Both the position numbers and the translations under genes were made by a program. From positions 1,674,001-1,738,000 of the forward strand of contig OZ251231.1 in assembly GCA_965240325.2 (NCBI GenBank): 64,000 bases of DNA, read 5' to 3'. The stretch is from Rebecca billardiae RCC1528 (Eukaryota > Protista > Haptophyta). The notes below the pieces were generated by a model, which saw only the letters and a program-made list of their open reading frames with translations, was not told the DNA's origin and searched no databases. This document shows positions 62,832 to 64,000 of this stretch, in pieces. Numbering within the stretch: the stretch's first letter is position 1; each line of letters begins with the position of its first letter.

Positions 62832-63446
62832 CTAGTCCTCGTCATCCTGGTAGTGCTCGGCGATGACCTCCTTGAGTACCACCGAGATCTCAGTGTGCTC
62901 ATCGCCCCACAGCGTGTCCTTGACCAATCTGCACGACACGCGCATGCCGACCATCTCCAGGGCGCCGCGGATGACGCCGCAGAGCAGATTGGAGAAGGCG
63001 AGGTTGGAGCAGTGCTCAGGGAGCTCGACGAACTCCGAAAGCGGGTTCTCTGCGAGCGTCAGCCGAAAGGCCGCATCTGGTGCCGACTGCTGCGACCCGT
63101 CTGCAGGCGGCGACATGGCAGCACTGGCGTGGTGGCACTCAGCCGTGACGCCAAGGAACATGCGGAACGCGACCTTCGCGATGACTTCTCCAGTCTCCTT
63201 GAAGTCGCGGCAGCTCGTCACGTTCGACTTGGCGAGGAACTCGTCGATCATGCGCATCCCAATGTTGTACCCCATCTTCTCGAGCTGCACGGACGTCTGC
63301 TCCACGTCGCCATCAGCGTCTTTGAGCAGCTGCGCGACGATAGCGCCGTACATGAGCGTAAAGAGCTCGCCGCTGACCTTCTCGATCTTGTTGAAGGCCA
63401 CATCCCCCAGCCGCTGGTATGGCGGCGCCGCCCCGGGAGGGGGCAT
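62832..63446 (-). CDS. BET3: TRAPP complex subunit 3
   Basis: KVSGELFTLMYGAIVAQLLKD..QLEKMGYNIGMRMIDEFLAK, ENPLSEFVELP, SNLLCGVIRGALEMV; start MPPPGAAPPY at 63446. Confidence 0.95.
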   Translation of the reverse strand: MPPPGAAPPYQRLGDVAFNKIEKVSGELFTLMYGAIVAQLLKDADGDVEQTSVQLEKMGYNIGMRMIDEFLAKSNVTSCRDFKETGEVIAKVAFRMFLGVTAECHHASAAMSPPADGSQQSAPDAAFRLTLAENPLSEFVELPEHCSNLAFSNLLCGVIRGALEMVGMRVSCRLVKDTLWGDEHTEISVVLKEVIAEHYQDDED

Positions 63447-64000
63447 CAGTCGCTGCAGCGCCGCAGCGTCCGCGCAATGCCCGCCCGAGTCGACCAAGGA
63501 AGGCCAGCGGCGCGGCCGGACTGCTTCTATGGTATCCGGACCAGATTGTCCAGTTCGGTCGCATGGACGCGGCGACGCGCCGACTACGGGCCCACGCTGC
63601 GACTGGTGCGCGCAGCGTTCTCGGCTCTTCGCGCGAGCGGGCCATGCTCGGCCGGGGGGAGGGGGCGTGCGAGTGCTGCAGGTGACGAACACACTCATGC
63701 GCGTCAAATGAATCCAGACGTGTTTCAAACAGCACTCCATTCTAATTCTATCCGATGCAGCCTCGGCGCGGTGGTGGGAGCGAAGCGGGGAGGGCGGGTG
63801 CTCGCGGGCATGCACGGTGACACTTACCAAGCGTCCACGCACGGTCCATGCGTGGCCGTCAATGGCGTCTCACCAACATCCACCACGGGACCAGTCTTCG
63901 GGCGGGTGCGCCTTCTCCTTTGCCCCGTTCCTCAAGTTCACCCCGGGACACTTTGACCATCGACGAGATGTGCAGCGCGGCGCCCCTCGCCCTTGACACT

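Overview
Very GC-rich eukaryotic nuclear DNA. The short GC-rich GT-AG introns, (TA)n microsatellites and plastid-type genes (RSH, PAB) point to an alga, most likely a haptophyte of the Pavlovales/Diacronema type (inference). About 18 protein-coding genes can be supported. Twelve of them sit in six compact head-to-head pairs, and the gene islands are separated by spacers full of non-autonomous transposons. Housekeeping genes: FNTA, VPS45, BET3/TRAPPC3, a lipase maturation factor, a Kelch-BTB protein, an F-box/RCC1 protein, PAB and an ankyrin protein. The most striking feature (45404-48502, minus) is one ORF that fuses a ProX/OpuAC-type osmolyte-binding domain, through one TM helix, to a complete TPK-type two-pore K+ channel with an EF-hand: a candidate osmolyte-gated K+ channel. 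Other notable items are a glycan O-methylation mini-cluster (two GT25-like/methyltransferase fusions plus TylF), a myosin with a UBA domain and endocytic motifs, a hydrolase-degenerate RelA/SpoT homologue, and a recent inverted duplication of a PRISE-family reductase whose breakpoint abuts a split-direct-repeat (Ngaro/TOC1-like) element carrying a hairpin array. Several TIR elements are also present (piggyBac-like, CACAGTG-ended, Harbinger-like, TAGGG-ended). No rRNA, tRNA or CRISPR array was recognised. All family calls come from motif recognition by eye, not from database searches.
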